From: Candidatus Poriferihabitaceae bacterium
Lineage (GTDB): Bacteria > Pseudomonadota > Gammaproteobacteria > Arenicellales > Poriferihabitantaceae
Direction: 5' to 3'
DNA: 64,000 nt
Assembly (NCBI GenBank): GCA_965214205.1
Contig: OZ243941.1
Span: 736,154-800,153 of the forward strand
The notes beneath the pieces were generated by a model that saw only the letters and a program-made list of their open reading frames with translations, was not told the DNA's origin and made no database searches. The stretch's first letter is position 1; each line of letters starts with the position of its first letter. The translations under genes and the position numbers were made by a program. Positions 44,254 to 52,297 of the stretch are shown here, piece by piece.

Positions 44254-44283
44254 TATTGTAAACAACCCTACCCATTTTTTATC

Positions 44284-45378
44284 ATGAATTCATCTGTAAA
44301 ACCGCCTTTCTATCACAAGATATTTTCCCCTGTAAGCAAGCGATTGCTGTATCCCGCGCTGTGTCTCGCAATACTTTCCTGGTCAACCGGGTTGTTTGCG
44401 GCAACGCCGAGAGTGGCAGTCTCGATAAGCCCGATTCACTCCCTCGTCTCTGGAGTCATGCAGGGAGTAGGGGTTCCTGAATTGCTGATGCAACCTGGAC
44501 ACTCCCCTCATGTTCAGCCGTTGTCTCCATCCGCAGTCAAAACCGTATACGACGCCGACCTGGTGATCTGGATCGGCCCCGGTATGGAAGTACCCATGGA
44601 GAAAATCGTAGAGCAGATTGAGCGCCAGGAGCGGGTTAAGTCCCTGATGGATGAGCCCAGTCTCCACATTCTGCCAATGCGTGAACAGAGTGTATGGAGT
44701 GAACTCGGACATGATCACGGGCACGGACACGGACATGGGGAGGAAGAGCATGAAGAGCACGAAGGCGAAGGTCATGAAGAGCATGAGGATCACGAAGATC
44801 ACGAAGATCACGAAGATCACGAAGATCATGAGGAGCATGAAGAGGCGGGGCACGAAGAAGCCCCAGATCCTCATATCTGGCTCTCAACCGACAATGCGAT
44901 CTCGATCGTTTCCGCCTTTACTGACTGGATTTCCCGGATAGACAGCGACAACCGGGATCTTTACCAGACTAACCGGGATGAAGTCATTGCCAGAATCCAC
45001 CAGACCAGAGGGCAGATGTCGGAATTGCTGGAACCCGTCAAAACCATCCCGTACATCGTATTCCATGATGCGTATCAATACTACGAGAACGAGAATCAGT
45101 TAAACGCGCAGACCTCAATCTCACGTTCAGCGGACCATGCGCCCGCTATCCGGCAAATCCAGGACCTGAACCATTTGATCCGGGAGCGCGATATTCGATG
45201 TGTTTTCAGAGAACCCCAGTTTGATTCCAGAATCATCCCGACCGTGATTGAAGGCACTCAGGCCCGAGTCGCCGTGCTCGACCCGATAGGTGCAGAATTG
45301 ACCCCGGGACAGGACATGTGGCACGAATTGGTGTTGTCGATTGCCACATCGCTTAACACCTGCCTGTCCGGGGAATAA
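44284..45378 (+). CDS. znuA: zinc ABC transporter substrate-binding protein ZnuA with long His/Asp/Glu-rich loop
   Basis: Signal peptide, cluster-9 SBP fold blocks (PHIWLS, VFHDAYQYY), and loop GHDHGHGHGHGEEEHEEHEGEGHEEHEDHEDHEDHEDHEDHEEHEE. Confidence 0.9.
   Translation: MNSSVKPPFYHKIFSPVSKRLLYPALCLAILSWSTGLFAATPRVAVSISPIHSLVSGVMQGVGVPELLMQPGHSPHVQPLSPSAVKTVYDADLVIWIGPGMEVPMEKIVEQIERQERVKSLMDEPSLHILPMREQSVWSELGHDHGHGHGHGEEEHEEHEGEGHEEHEDHEDHEDHEDHEDHEEHEEAGHEEAPDPHIWLSTDNAISIVSAFTDWISRIDSDNRDLYQTNRDEVIARIHQTRGQMSELLEPVKTIPYIVFHDAYQYYENENQLNAQTSISRSADHAPAIRQIQDLNHLIRERDIRCVFREPQFDSRIIPTVIEGTQARVAVLDPIGAELTPGQDMWHELVLSIATSLNTCLSGE
44788..44832 (+). repeat. in-frame 9-bp tandem repeat (GATCACGAA x4 plus one degenerate copy) encoding (DHE)n in the ZnuA loop
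   Basis: Four perfect copies at 44788-44823, then GATCATGAG. Read directly. Confidence 0.9.
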
Positions 45379-45419
45379 AGGAGCAACCTGTGTTCCGACA
45401 GGGCTCCTGGAATTGCTAA

Positions 45420-45863
45420 TCAATCGGGATCAAGAATCAATCCATCAAAGGTCAGGCGTGTAGGCAAATGAAATCCGTATAAATACATACCGCTCGTAAT
45501 TTCGTATTGAGGACTGGTCAGAACCAATTCCAGTGTTTCACCGTTACCTTCGTCAAGATTATCTTCAAACAACTTTACCTCTATCTTTGCGGTCGTTGCC
45601 GAACCTTCCGGGAAAACGATCTTGCCTGTTTTCCCATTGTCGATACCGTAATCCTCTCCGATTTTCGCTGAACCGTCATTTACACTATACGAATAACGGA
45701 CTTTCTCTGGATAATTATAACCGTAATTTGTCGTTGGCTTTGTTATCTCGAAGATCATGGTGTTGCCTTCGTATTCTTGTACATCACTGCCGTATGCTAT
45801 GTTCCCGGTTACATAGATGAGCAGTGTCAATGCAAGGAGTATGTGCTTCATTTCTGACCTCAA
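45420..45863 (-). CDS. small secreted Calx-beta-like domain protein
   Basis: Signal peptide MKHILLALTLLIYVTG. SAKIGEDYG...GKIVFPEGSATTAKIEVKLFEDNLDEGNGETLELVL resembles the Calx-beta motif. Hand-counted G+C is about 40-43%. Confidence 0.6.
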   Translation of the reverse strand: MRSEMKHILLALTLLIYVTGNIAYGSDVQEYEGNTMIFEITKPTTNYGYNYPEKVRYSYSVNDGSAKIGEDYGIDNGKTGKIVFPEGSATTAKIEVKLFEDNLDEGNGETLELVLTSPQYEITSGMYLYGFHLPTRLTFDGLILDPD

Positions 45864-45937
45864 ACAGTGCGTCTATAAGTGATTCTCGCTTGTAGTGACT
45901 ATCATACGCCGTTGGCTCCAGGGCAATCAAGGGGATA

Positions 45938-46837
45938 TCAGGTTCGGGAGGCGGTCACGATAGCGTCAATAGAGTTCCCCAGGGTCTCACTGAACTCGGT
46001 GTCGGACTGATTGGCTGACAGTCCCTCGGTCAGCGCCCTGGAAAAACTCGCAATCATTCCCGTGTTCTCACTGAGCCGGCGATTGGCTTCTTCACGACTG
46101 TATCCACCGGACAGGGCCGCCAGTTTGAGTACATTGCCATGTGAAATGCAGGGTTGATAGAAATTCGCCTGCTCCGGCAGAGTCAGCTTGAATATGACAT
46201 TCTGGCCTTCATTCAGTTCAGCCAGATGAGCCAGCAGTTCATCCCTTAAAAGCTGTTCGGCTGCGGCCTTTCGTGGCGAATGGATATCGACCTCCGGTTC
46301 AATGATTGGAACCAGCCCACGGGCAATGATTCGCTTGCCGATCTCAAATTGCTGCGCGACCACATCCCGGACGCCTTGTGTATTGTCGGTCTTGATCACA
46401 GACCGCATCTTGGTCGCGAAAAAACCGTTCGCCACCGCCTTGTCCAGCAATGCGTCAAGGTCCGGCATCGGCTTCATCATTTGCACTCCGCAATCGACAT
46501 CCGCCAGGCCCTTGTCCACTTTCAGGATCGGAATAATCTGTTTTTCCCGCCACAGGTAATGAGAGGTCAGCTGGCCTTCCACTTCCCGCTCCATGGTGTT
46601 CTCGAACAGGATAGCGCCGAGAATACTGTCTGATGTGAAGTTTTTATCGGTCATGATCCGGGTTCGCATCTCATGCACCTTCGCATACATCTCATCTTCC
46701 CCGTCATACTGGTCCTGATCCACTCCATACATCATCAATGCCTTCGGAGTGCTGCCGCCACTCTGATCCAGGGCTGCGATAAACCCGGTTGAATTCATCA
46801 GCTTCTCAAGTTGTCGCACGGTTTCTGCTCCTGTCAT
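45938..46837 (-). CDS. fda: class I fructose-bisphosphate aldolase (Fda type, about 296 aa)
   Basis: GFIAALDQSGGSTPKAL, LKVDKGL and PIIEPEV blocks closely follow the staphylococcal-type class I FBA. Confidence 0.85.
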   Translation of the reverse strand: MTGAETVRQLEKLMNSTGFIAALDQSGGSTPKALMMYGVDQDQYDGEDEMYAKVHEMRTRIMTDKNFTSDSILGAILFENTMEREVEGQLTSHYLWREKQIIPILKVDKGLADVDCGVQMMKPMPDLDALLDKAVANGFFATKMRSVIKTDNTQGVRDVVAQQFEIGKRIIARGLVPIIEPEVDIHSPRKAAAEQLLRDELLAHLAELNEGQNVIFKLTLPEQANFYQPCISHGNVLKLAALSGGYSREEANRRLSENTGMIASFSRALTEGLSANQSDTEFSETLGNSIDAIVTASRT

Positions 46838-46978
46838 GATGGTATGTTGGTCAAACGCAATAGTACCCCTCTGGTCAAAGCCTGTCCAGATCGAGAGTTC
46901 AATGGAAGAGGAGTCTGTTTGAACAGACCGAACTGTTTTACAATCGCCAGAAATTCCATCAGACTTCGGGCTATCCTC

Positions 46979-47308
46979 ATGTCGAACCGTAAACCCATCC
47001 TCCGTCTTGCAATACTGGTTATCGCAATGGGTATTTCCGGTTGCTCAACATCTCTGGTTGTCCCATTCGATACCGGAGGAAGCCGTGCCGATGGCATTAT
47101 CACGATGACAGCGCTGTTAGGTGATTTTGATACGGTGGATTGGAAGGCCGGGGAGGTGGACGCGCTCTATCGGTGCCGCCAGTGGGGATATTCACGGGCT
47201 GAAGCATTTTCCGGGGTAACGGTTGACTGCGTGAATACATACTGCGGCCAATACGGATGCTATTGTACGAAAGAACAAGTTTCACGGAACTATCAGTGTA
47301 TTGAGTAA
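46979..47308 (+). CDS. lipoprotein (possibly YecR-like)
   Basis: MSNRKPILRLAILVIAMGISGC lipobox. 109 aa with four further Cys. The family guess is weak. Confidence 0.6.
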   Translation: MSNRKPILRLAILVIAMGISGCSTSLVVPFDTGGSRADGIITMTALLGDFDTVDWKAGEVDALYRCRQWGYSRAEAFSGVTVDCVNTYCGQYGCYCTKEQVSRNYQCIE

Positions 47309-47684
47309 CTGGTTTTATTCACCGGGAAAGCGCGGAGTCGTCTGCAGGGTTCTCTGTTTCCTGTCGGGGAACATCAGGAGCGGACTGAAAGTAGACGCCA
47401 GAGGGTTGACGATTCCGGGACATCATGCAGGAGTAATCCCTTTCGTGGAAATTTCCGGGCTTTCCCGCGTCCGAAAGAGATTGTTTCGTAGCGCGATAGA
47501 AATCCCGTTAATGAACGGGAGCAAGGTGGTATTTTCCTGTCTGGCGTCAGCCAGGGCAGAAAAGTTCGTCGGCGCACTGAACGAGGCATGGCAGGAGGCG
47601 TGGCGACGGAAGATCGAACCATGTGTCGACTCAATTCGTTCCCTGGAACATGCGATCGACAGGCTCGATAGGGGGTGTAAATAA
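47301..47684 (+). CDS. hypothetical ORF, possibly a remnant of a DNA helicase IV N-terminal domain
   Basis: TTG start only, no SD, first ATG at about codon 71. The pattern GLTIPGHHAGVIPFVEISGL...KVVFSCL...FVGALNEAWQEAW resembles the HelD N-terminal region as I remember it. No helicase motifs follow. Confidence 0.3.
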   Translation: MSNWFYSPGKRGVVCRVLCFLSGNIRSGLKVDARGLTIPGHHAGVIPFVEISGLSRVRKRLFRSAIEIPLMNGSKVVFSCLASARAEKFVGALNEAWQEAWRRKIEPCVDSIRSLEHAIDRLDRGCK

Positions 47685-47729
47685 AACTGTGTAAATGGTC
47701 GGTTTCCCAATGCCTCCGTCTTCTGACTG

Positions 47730-47963
47730 TTATGCCTCCGTCAGTTCAGGAACGTGGTCATCCTCATATTTTTCTATCAGTACGCCAATGACCTCCATGA
47801 GTGAGGCCAAGGGATGGCTTTCATCCTCGCCCACCACATCAATCAAATCATCCAGTACAGCCACAAGCCGTTGGTATTCATTATCCGCATGGGGAACGAA
47901 AACCACGGGGTTCAACATGGGCCATACATCTTGGGTGGCTTGTATTTCTGTTCTGCCACCCAC
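47730..47963 (-). pseudogene. truncated HigA-family antitoxin (N-terminal region only, HTH domain missing)
   Basis: ADNEYQRLVAVLDDLIDVVGEDESHPLASLMEVIGVLIEKYEDDHVP matches the pre-HTH region of HigA-type antitoxins. The ORF stops where the HTH should begin, and no toxin gene is adjacent. Confidence 0.45.
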
Positions 47964-47966
47964 TTC

Positions 47967-50900
47967 CTACCGACCTTTCAGCACTATGACCCATTGGTCG
48001 TCATCCAGGGAGCGGTCGGCTGTGAATCCGTCTTCCAGTGTGTCTACCAGTTCTACTGCCAGGGTTTCGGCGAGGATGGTTTCTCGGTGCTGATGCAGTG
48101 CGGCGCGTACTCTTGGCGTTCCGGTGATACATAGGGAAATCCTGTCTGAAATCGCAAGTCCGGCGGTTTTGCGGGCATCTTGTACGGTTCTCACCAGCTC
48201 GCGGGCTACGCCTTCGATCAGTAGTTCGTCATCCAGTGAGGTGTTGAGCGCAACCAGATAGCCTTGCTCGGAGCAAGCGGAGAAGCCTTCTGCTGATGAA
48301 GTGAGGATCTGGATGTCCTCGCCCTCGAACATGATTTGCTGGCCTTCAATTTCTATCTCAAGGGTCTTGCCATCCTGAATCTGTCGCGCAACCCGGTTTG
48401 CATCTGCCTCAGCCAGGGCGGCTTTGATGGCTGGCATCAGTTTGCCGTAGCGTTTGCCCAGACGCGGGAAGTTTGGCTTGATGGTATAGCGGATCAGTTC
48501 CTGGTCGGAGTGGATGAAGTCGAGGGTCTTGATATTCAATTCTTCCAGGATTTGCCGTTCATGTTTTTTGAGCGCGGAGCGCACGGGGGCAGAGGTTGAG
48601 CTGACCAGCATCTGTGAGAGCGGCTGGCGCACACGTACCCGGCTTTGCTCGCGGGCGGCACGACCGAGGCCGACAATGGTCTGCACTACATCCATCTCAT
48701 CCACCAGGTCGCTATCGAGACTTTCCGCATTCCAGTCTGGCCATGCGGCCAGATGTACGCTTTGCTTGTGGCTGGAATCGTATTTTCCCAGGTTATGATA
48801 GAGCGCCTCGCTTAAAAACGGCATGAATGGGGCGATCATGCGTGCGATCAGGTGCAGGCATTCATACAGGGTCAGGTAGGCGGCCTGTTTGTCATCGCCA
48901 TCATCACTCTTCCAGAAGCGGCGCCGATTGCGCCGTACATACCAGTTGCTGATCTGGTCGACCAGCTTCTCAATCGCTTGTCCGGCTCCGAAGGCATCAT
49001 ATCGATCCAGTGATTCGGTCACGGTTTTCAAGGTCTGGTGGGTGAGCGCCAGCGCCCATCGGTCGATCTGTGGCCGGTCGGAAAAAGCAACCTGCCGATC
49101 AGGGTCAAACTGGTCAAGCCGCGCATAAAGTATAAAAAATGACCAGGTGTTCCATAATGTATTGATGAAGGTCGCTGCCACTTCCCGGACGATTTCCACC
49201 GAAATCCTTTTTTGCGCGTCGGGTGCGGTGCGTGCCAGGAACAGCCAGCGCAGCGCATCGACTCCGACCACATCGAAAACGTCATACGGATTGACGATGT
49301 TGCCCTGGGACTTGGACATTTTCTTGCCGTGTTCATCGACAATATGACTCAGGCAGACGCAGTTTTTATAGGCTACGCTGTCATCCACCAGGGCGGCGAT
49401 GGCATGCAGGGTATAAAACCATCCCCGAGTCTGGTCGATGGCCTCACAAATATAATCAGCTGGGAAGTGTTTGGCGAAAACATCCTGATTCTCGAAAGGG
49501 TAGTGCCACTGTGCATAGGTCATGGCGCCGGAATCAAACCAGCAATCAATGACTTCGGGAACCCGGTGGTAGGTGCGTCCCTCCCGGACGAAGGTGACCT
49601 CATCAATCTGTGGGCGATGCAGGTCTGTGTCGCGCATGGATTGTCCGGTCAGCGCTTCGAGTTCGTCCAGTGAGCCAATGCAGATGAAATCTCCCTGATT
49701 ATCCGTCCATACCGGCAACGGAGTCCCCCAGAAGCGTTCACGCGACAGCGCCCAATCGATATTGTTTGAAAGCCAGTGGCCGAATCTGCCGTCTCGGATG
49801 GTTGTGGGCACCCAGTTGATGGTTTTGTTCAGCGCCACCATGCGGTCTTTTATGGCGGTTGTTCTGATGTACCAGGCTTCTTTCGCATAGTAGATCAGCG
49901 GGTCTCCGGTACGCCAGCCGAAAGGATAATTGTGGCGTGTTGTCTGGTTCTCGAAAAGATTGCCCTGGTTGTCCAGCAGTTCACAAATGACCGGGTCGGC
50001 TTCCTTGAAAAACAATCCGGCAACCGGCGTGGCCTGCGGTTTGAAACAGCCATCGAGTCCGACTCCGTGTACCACTGGCAATCCTTCCCTTTGTCCGAGC
50101 GCAAGATCATCAACGCCGTAGGCGGGCGCTGTATGCACGATTCCGGTGCCGTCTTCGGTCGTGACGAAATCGGCGCTGACTACGCGAAAGCAATCGCCGG
50201 ATTCGATAGTCAGCCAGTCGAACAGCCGGTCATAGCGCAGTCCGATCAGTTCGCTGCCCTTGACGGTGCGGATTATTTCATAGGGCAGGTCCGGTTCTGT
50301 GAAGTAGTGTGCAATCCGGGCACAGGCCAGAATCAGGACTTCATCGTTATGACGTACCCAGGCGTAGTCAATATCCTCGCCGACTGCGAGCAGCAGATTC
50401 GAGGGCAGTGTCCAGGGGGTAGTGGTCCAGACCAGAAATGAGGTGTTCGCTTCGTCCTCGAGTCTGAAGCGCACGGTGACAGACGGGTCTTCAACCTCCT
50501 TGTAGCCCTGAGCGACTTCGTGGGATGACAGGGTGGCGCCGATACGCGGGTCGTAGGGGACGACCTTGTACCCCTTGTAGATCAGTCCTTTGTTCCAGAT
50601 TCTCTGGAGCAGGTTCCAGGTGGATTCAATGTATTGGTTATCCAGTGTGTAATAGGCTTCATCCAGGTTGACCCAGTATCCCATGCGACGAGTCAGCTCT
50701 TCCCACTCACCGATATAGGTCATCACCGATTCGCGACATCTGCGGGTGAATTCGGTGATGCCGACCTGGCTTTCGATTTCCTTCTTGTCGAAAATGCCGA
50801 GTTGTTTTTCTATTTCATGTTCGACTGGCAGGCCGTGCGTATCCCAGCCGCCCTTGCGCGGCGCATGGAATCCGCGCATGGTCTTGAAGCGGGGGTAGAT

Positions 50901-51116
50901 GTCCTTGAATGTACGCGCCAGGACGTGATGAATGCCCGGTTTGCCGTTGGCCGTCGGTGGACCTTCGTTAAAGCTGAAACGCGGTCTGCCTTCACTTTGT
51001 TGCAGAGTCTTCTCGAAGATGGCATGCCTTCCCCAGAAGTCGAGAACGGACTTTTCCAGTTCCGGGCCATTATAGCGGCCTTGAACATCATCAAATTCTT
51101 TCTCGTTTTGTGTCAT
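47967..51116 (-). CDS. ileS: isoleucine-tRNA ligase, type 2 (Thermus/eukaryote-like)
   Basis: 1049 aa. EGPPTANGKPGIHHVLARTFKDIYPRFKTMRGFHAPRKGGWDTHGLPVE, KMSKSQGN, and no C-terminal CxxC zinc-finger pairs. Confidence 0.9.
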   Translation of the reverse strand: MTQNEKEFDDVQGRYNGPELEKSVLDFWGRHAIFEKTLQQSEGRPRFSFNEGPPTANGKPGIHHVLARTFKDIYPRFKTMRGFHAPRKGGWDTHGLPVEHEIEKQLGIFDKKEIESQVGITEFTRRCRESVMTYIGEWEELTRRMGYWVNLDEAYYTLDNQYIESTWNLLQRIWNKGLIYKGYKVVPYDPRIGATLSSHEVAQGYKEVEDPSVTVRFRLEDEANTSFLVWTTTPWTLPSNLLLAVGEDIDYAWVRHNDEVLILACARIAHYFTEPDLPYEIIRTVKGSELIGLRYDRLFDWLTIESGDCFRVVSADFVTTEDGTGIVHTAPAYGVDDLALGQREGLPVVHGVGLDGCFKPQATPVAGLFFKEADPVICELLDNQGNLFENQTTRHNYPFGWRTGDPLIYYAKEAWYIRTTAIKDRMVALNKTINWVPTTIRDGRFGHWLSNNIDWALSRERFWGTPLPVWTDNQGDFICIGSLDELEALTGQSMRDTDLHRPQIDEVTFVREGRTYHRVPEVIDCWFDSGAMTYAQWHYPFENQDVFAKHFPADYICEAIDQTRGWFYTLHAIAALVDDSVAYKNCVCLSHIVDEHGKKMSKSQGNIVNPYDVFDVVGVDALRWLFLARTAPDAQKRISVEIVREVAATFINTLWNTWSFFILYARLDQFDPDRQVAFSDRPQIDRWALALTHQTLKTVTESLDRYDAFGAGQAIEKLVDQISNWYVRRNRRRFWKSDDGDDKQAAYLTLYECLHLIARMIAPFMPFLSEALYHNLGKYDSSHKQSVHLAAWPDWNAESLDSDLVDEMDVVQTIVGLGRAAREQSRVRVRQPLSQMLVSSTSAPVRSALKKHERQILEELNIKTLDFIHSDQELIRYTIKPNFPRLGKRYGKLMPAIKAALAEADANRVARQIQDGKTLEIEIEGQQIMFEGEDIQILTSSAEGFSACSEQGYLVALNTSLDDELLIEGVARELVRTVQDARKTAGLAISDRISLCITGTPRVRAALHQHRETILAETLAVELVDTLEDGFTADRSLDDDQWVIVLKGR

Positions 51117-51267
51117 TTTCCAGCGCTTGCAAAATGGGGGTTTCGTGTCGGGTCAGGCTGGCGCATTATGCACACTTGGGAGATCATCCACAACACAATG
51201 AAATCCATCGGGTTGGGTATTGTGCAATCGCGCTATCGTTGTTCATGCGAGGCGTACATAGGCACAG

Positions 51268-51900
51268 TCAGTTGATGGTATCCCGTCTCCCTCTGCTACG
51301 CACCATGCCGGAGACGAGCAAGGCTATTCCCAGTCCGCTTGCCAGACCTGCGCTGTGTGCTGTGTTGGCAACGGCCAGTCCGAAAAATATCTCAAGCAGT
51401 CCAGACCAGCACAGTACGAACCAGCCCAGCATCAGCTTTATAATCACCGGGTTTATGCGAACCCGGAATCGTGGATTGGTCAATGATTGAATCCAGGCAT
51501 AACCGAACAACCCGTAAATGACTCCCGACATGCCACCGAACAGGGGGCCGGATACCAGGTATTGAGCCAGATTCGAGATCACGCTGATAGCGGATACCAG
51601 TATGGCCAGTAACCATGCGCCCTGTTGCCATTCGATCATCCGTCCCAGCTCCCAGGTCCATAGCATATTGAATACGATGTGAAAAATACTGAAATGAAGG
51701 AACATCGGCGTCACCAGTCGCCACCACTCGCCTTGCTGGATTTCCGGCAGGGTGGGTCGGACATATTCCGAGATCAGCAAGGGACCGATCAGGATGTGTT
51801 CCATGCCGAGGTTCATCAGGGCATAGACCAGGACGGAAATACCGACCATCAGGAGGGTGATCAGCGGGACGCCGGAGAACACAGAAGAATTACCGCCCAT
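51268..51900 (-). CDS. rhomboid family intramembrane serine protease
   Basis: FLHFSIFHIVFNM and GGMSGVIYGLFG (catalytic Ser), then a later H in NTAHSAGL. Confidence 0.85.
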   Translation of the reverse strand: MGGNSSVFSGVPLITLLMVGISVLVYALMNLGMEHILIGPLLISEYVRPTLPEIQQGEWWRLVTPMFLHFSIFHIVFNMLWTWELGRMIEWQQGAWLLAILVSAISVISNLAQYLVSGPLFGGMSGVIYGLFGYAWIQSLTNPRFRVRINPVIIKLMLGWFVLCWSGLLEIFFGLAVANTAHSAGLASGLGIALLVSGMVRSRGRRDTIN

Positions 51901-52249
51901 CCATCTCTATCCGGTCACTTTCCCCCAGAGTTACCTGCTTGTCATCGAGCGTGGTGAAGTGTCGCCCCTTGATAGTTTTTTGCCGTGCCTGATAGACCGT
52001 GCTGATGCCGTCATCGGAGATAACGCGAATGGTGATGATTTTGTTGTCGGCCTGAAATTTAACAATAAAAATCCCGGCAGCGATCAACAGCAGGATGCCC
52101 AACAGGATATAAGTGACGCCGCGCACAGATAATGTCCCTCGTTCATCTGGCGGTTCCACGATTGACGAGCGGGCGGGCCCCGCCTTCGTTCGAAATACGA
52201 GAGCAACGATAATGATCACCGCCACGGTAATCAGGATTTTGGTCAACAT
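51890..52249 (-). CDS. membrane protein, unknown function (two TM helices plus a small soluble tail)
   Basis: 119-aa ORF overlapping the rhomboid start by 11 nt. Two hydrophobic helices and no recognised family. Confidence 0.55.
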   Translation of the reverse strand: MLTKILITVAVIIIVALVFRTKAGPARSSIVEPPDERGTLSVRGVTYILLGILLLIAAGIFIVKFQADNKIITIRVISDDGISTVYQARQKTIKGRHFTTLDDKQVTLGESDRIEMDGR

Positions 52250-52297
52250 GCTGACGTGACGGAACGAGTTCCGGGGCCGGTCAATGAAATACCCGGT

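Noticed and set aside
44694-44850. A repeat-rich stretch considered as a CRISPR-like or non-coding minisatellite.
   Set aside because: The repeats are 9 bp, contiguous without spacers, and in frame inside znuA, where they encode the His/Asp/Glu loop. This is not a CRISPR array.
46811-46978. N-terminal extensions offered by the ORF track. Examples: 46811 for the lipoprotein, 15535 for aroK, 21826 for gltD, 34205 for yggX, 36367 for purB, 38530 for pyrD, 8962 for rapZ, 26950 for the acyltransferase.
   Set aside because: The extensions overlap neighbouring genes or lack similarity. Conserved protein N-termini (lipobox, Walker [26 protein letters not shown] and others) begin at internal starts that have SD sequences.
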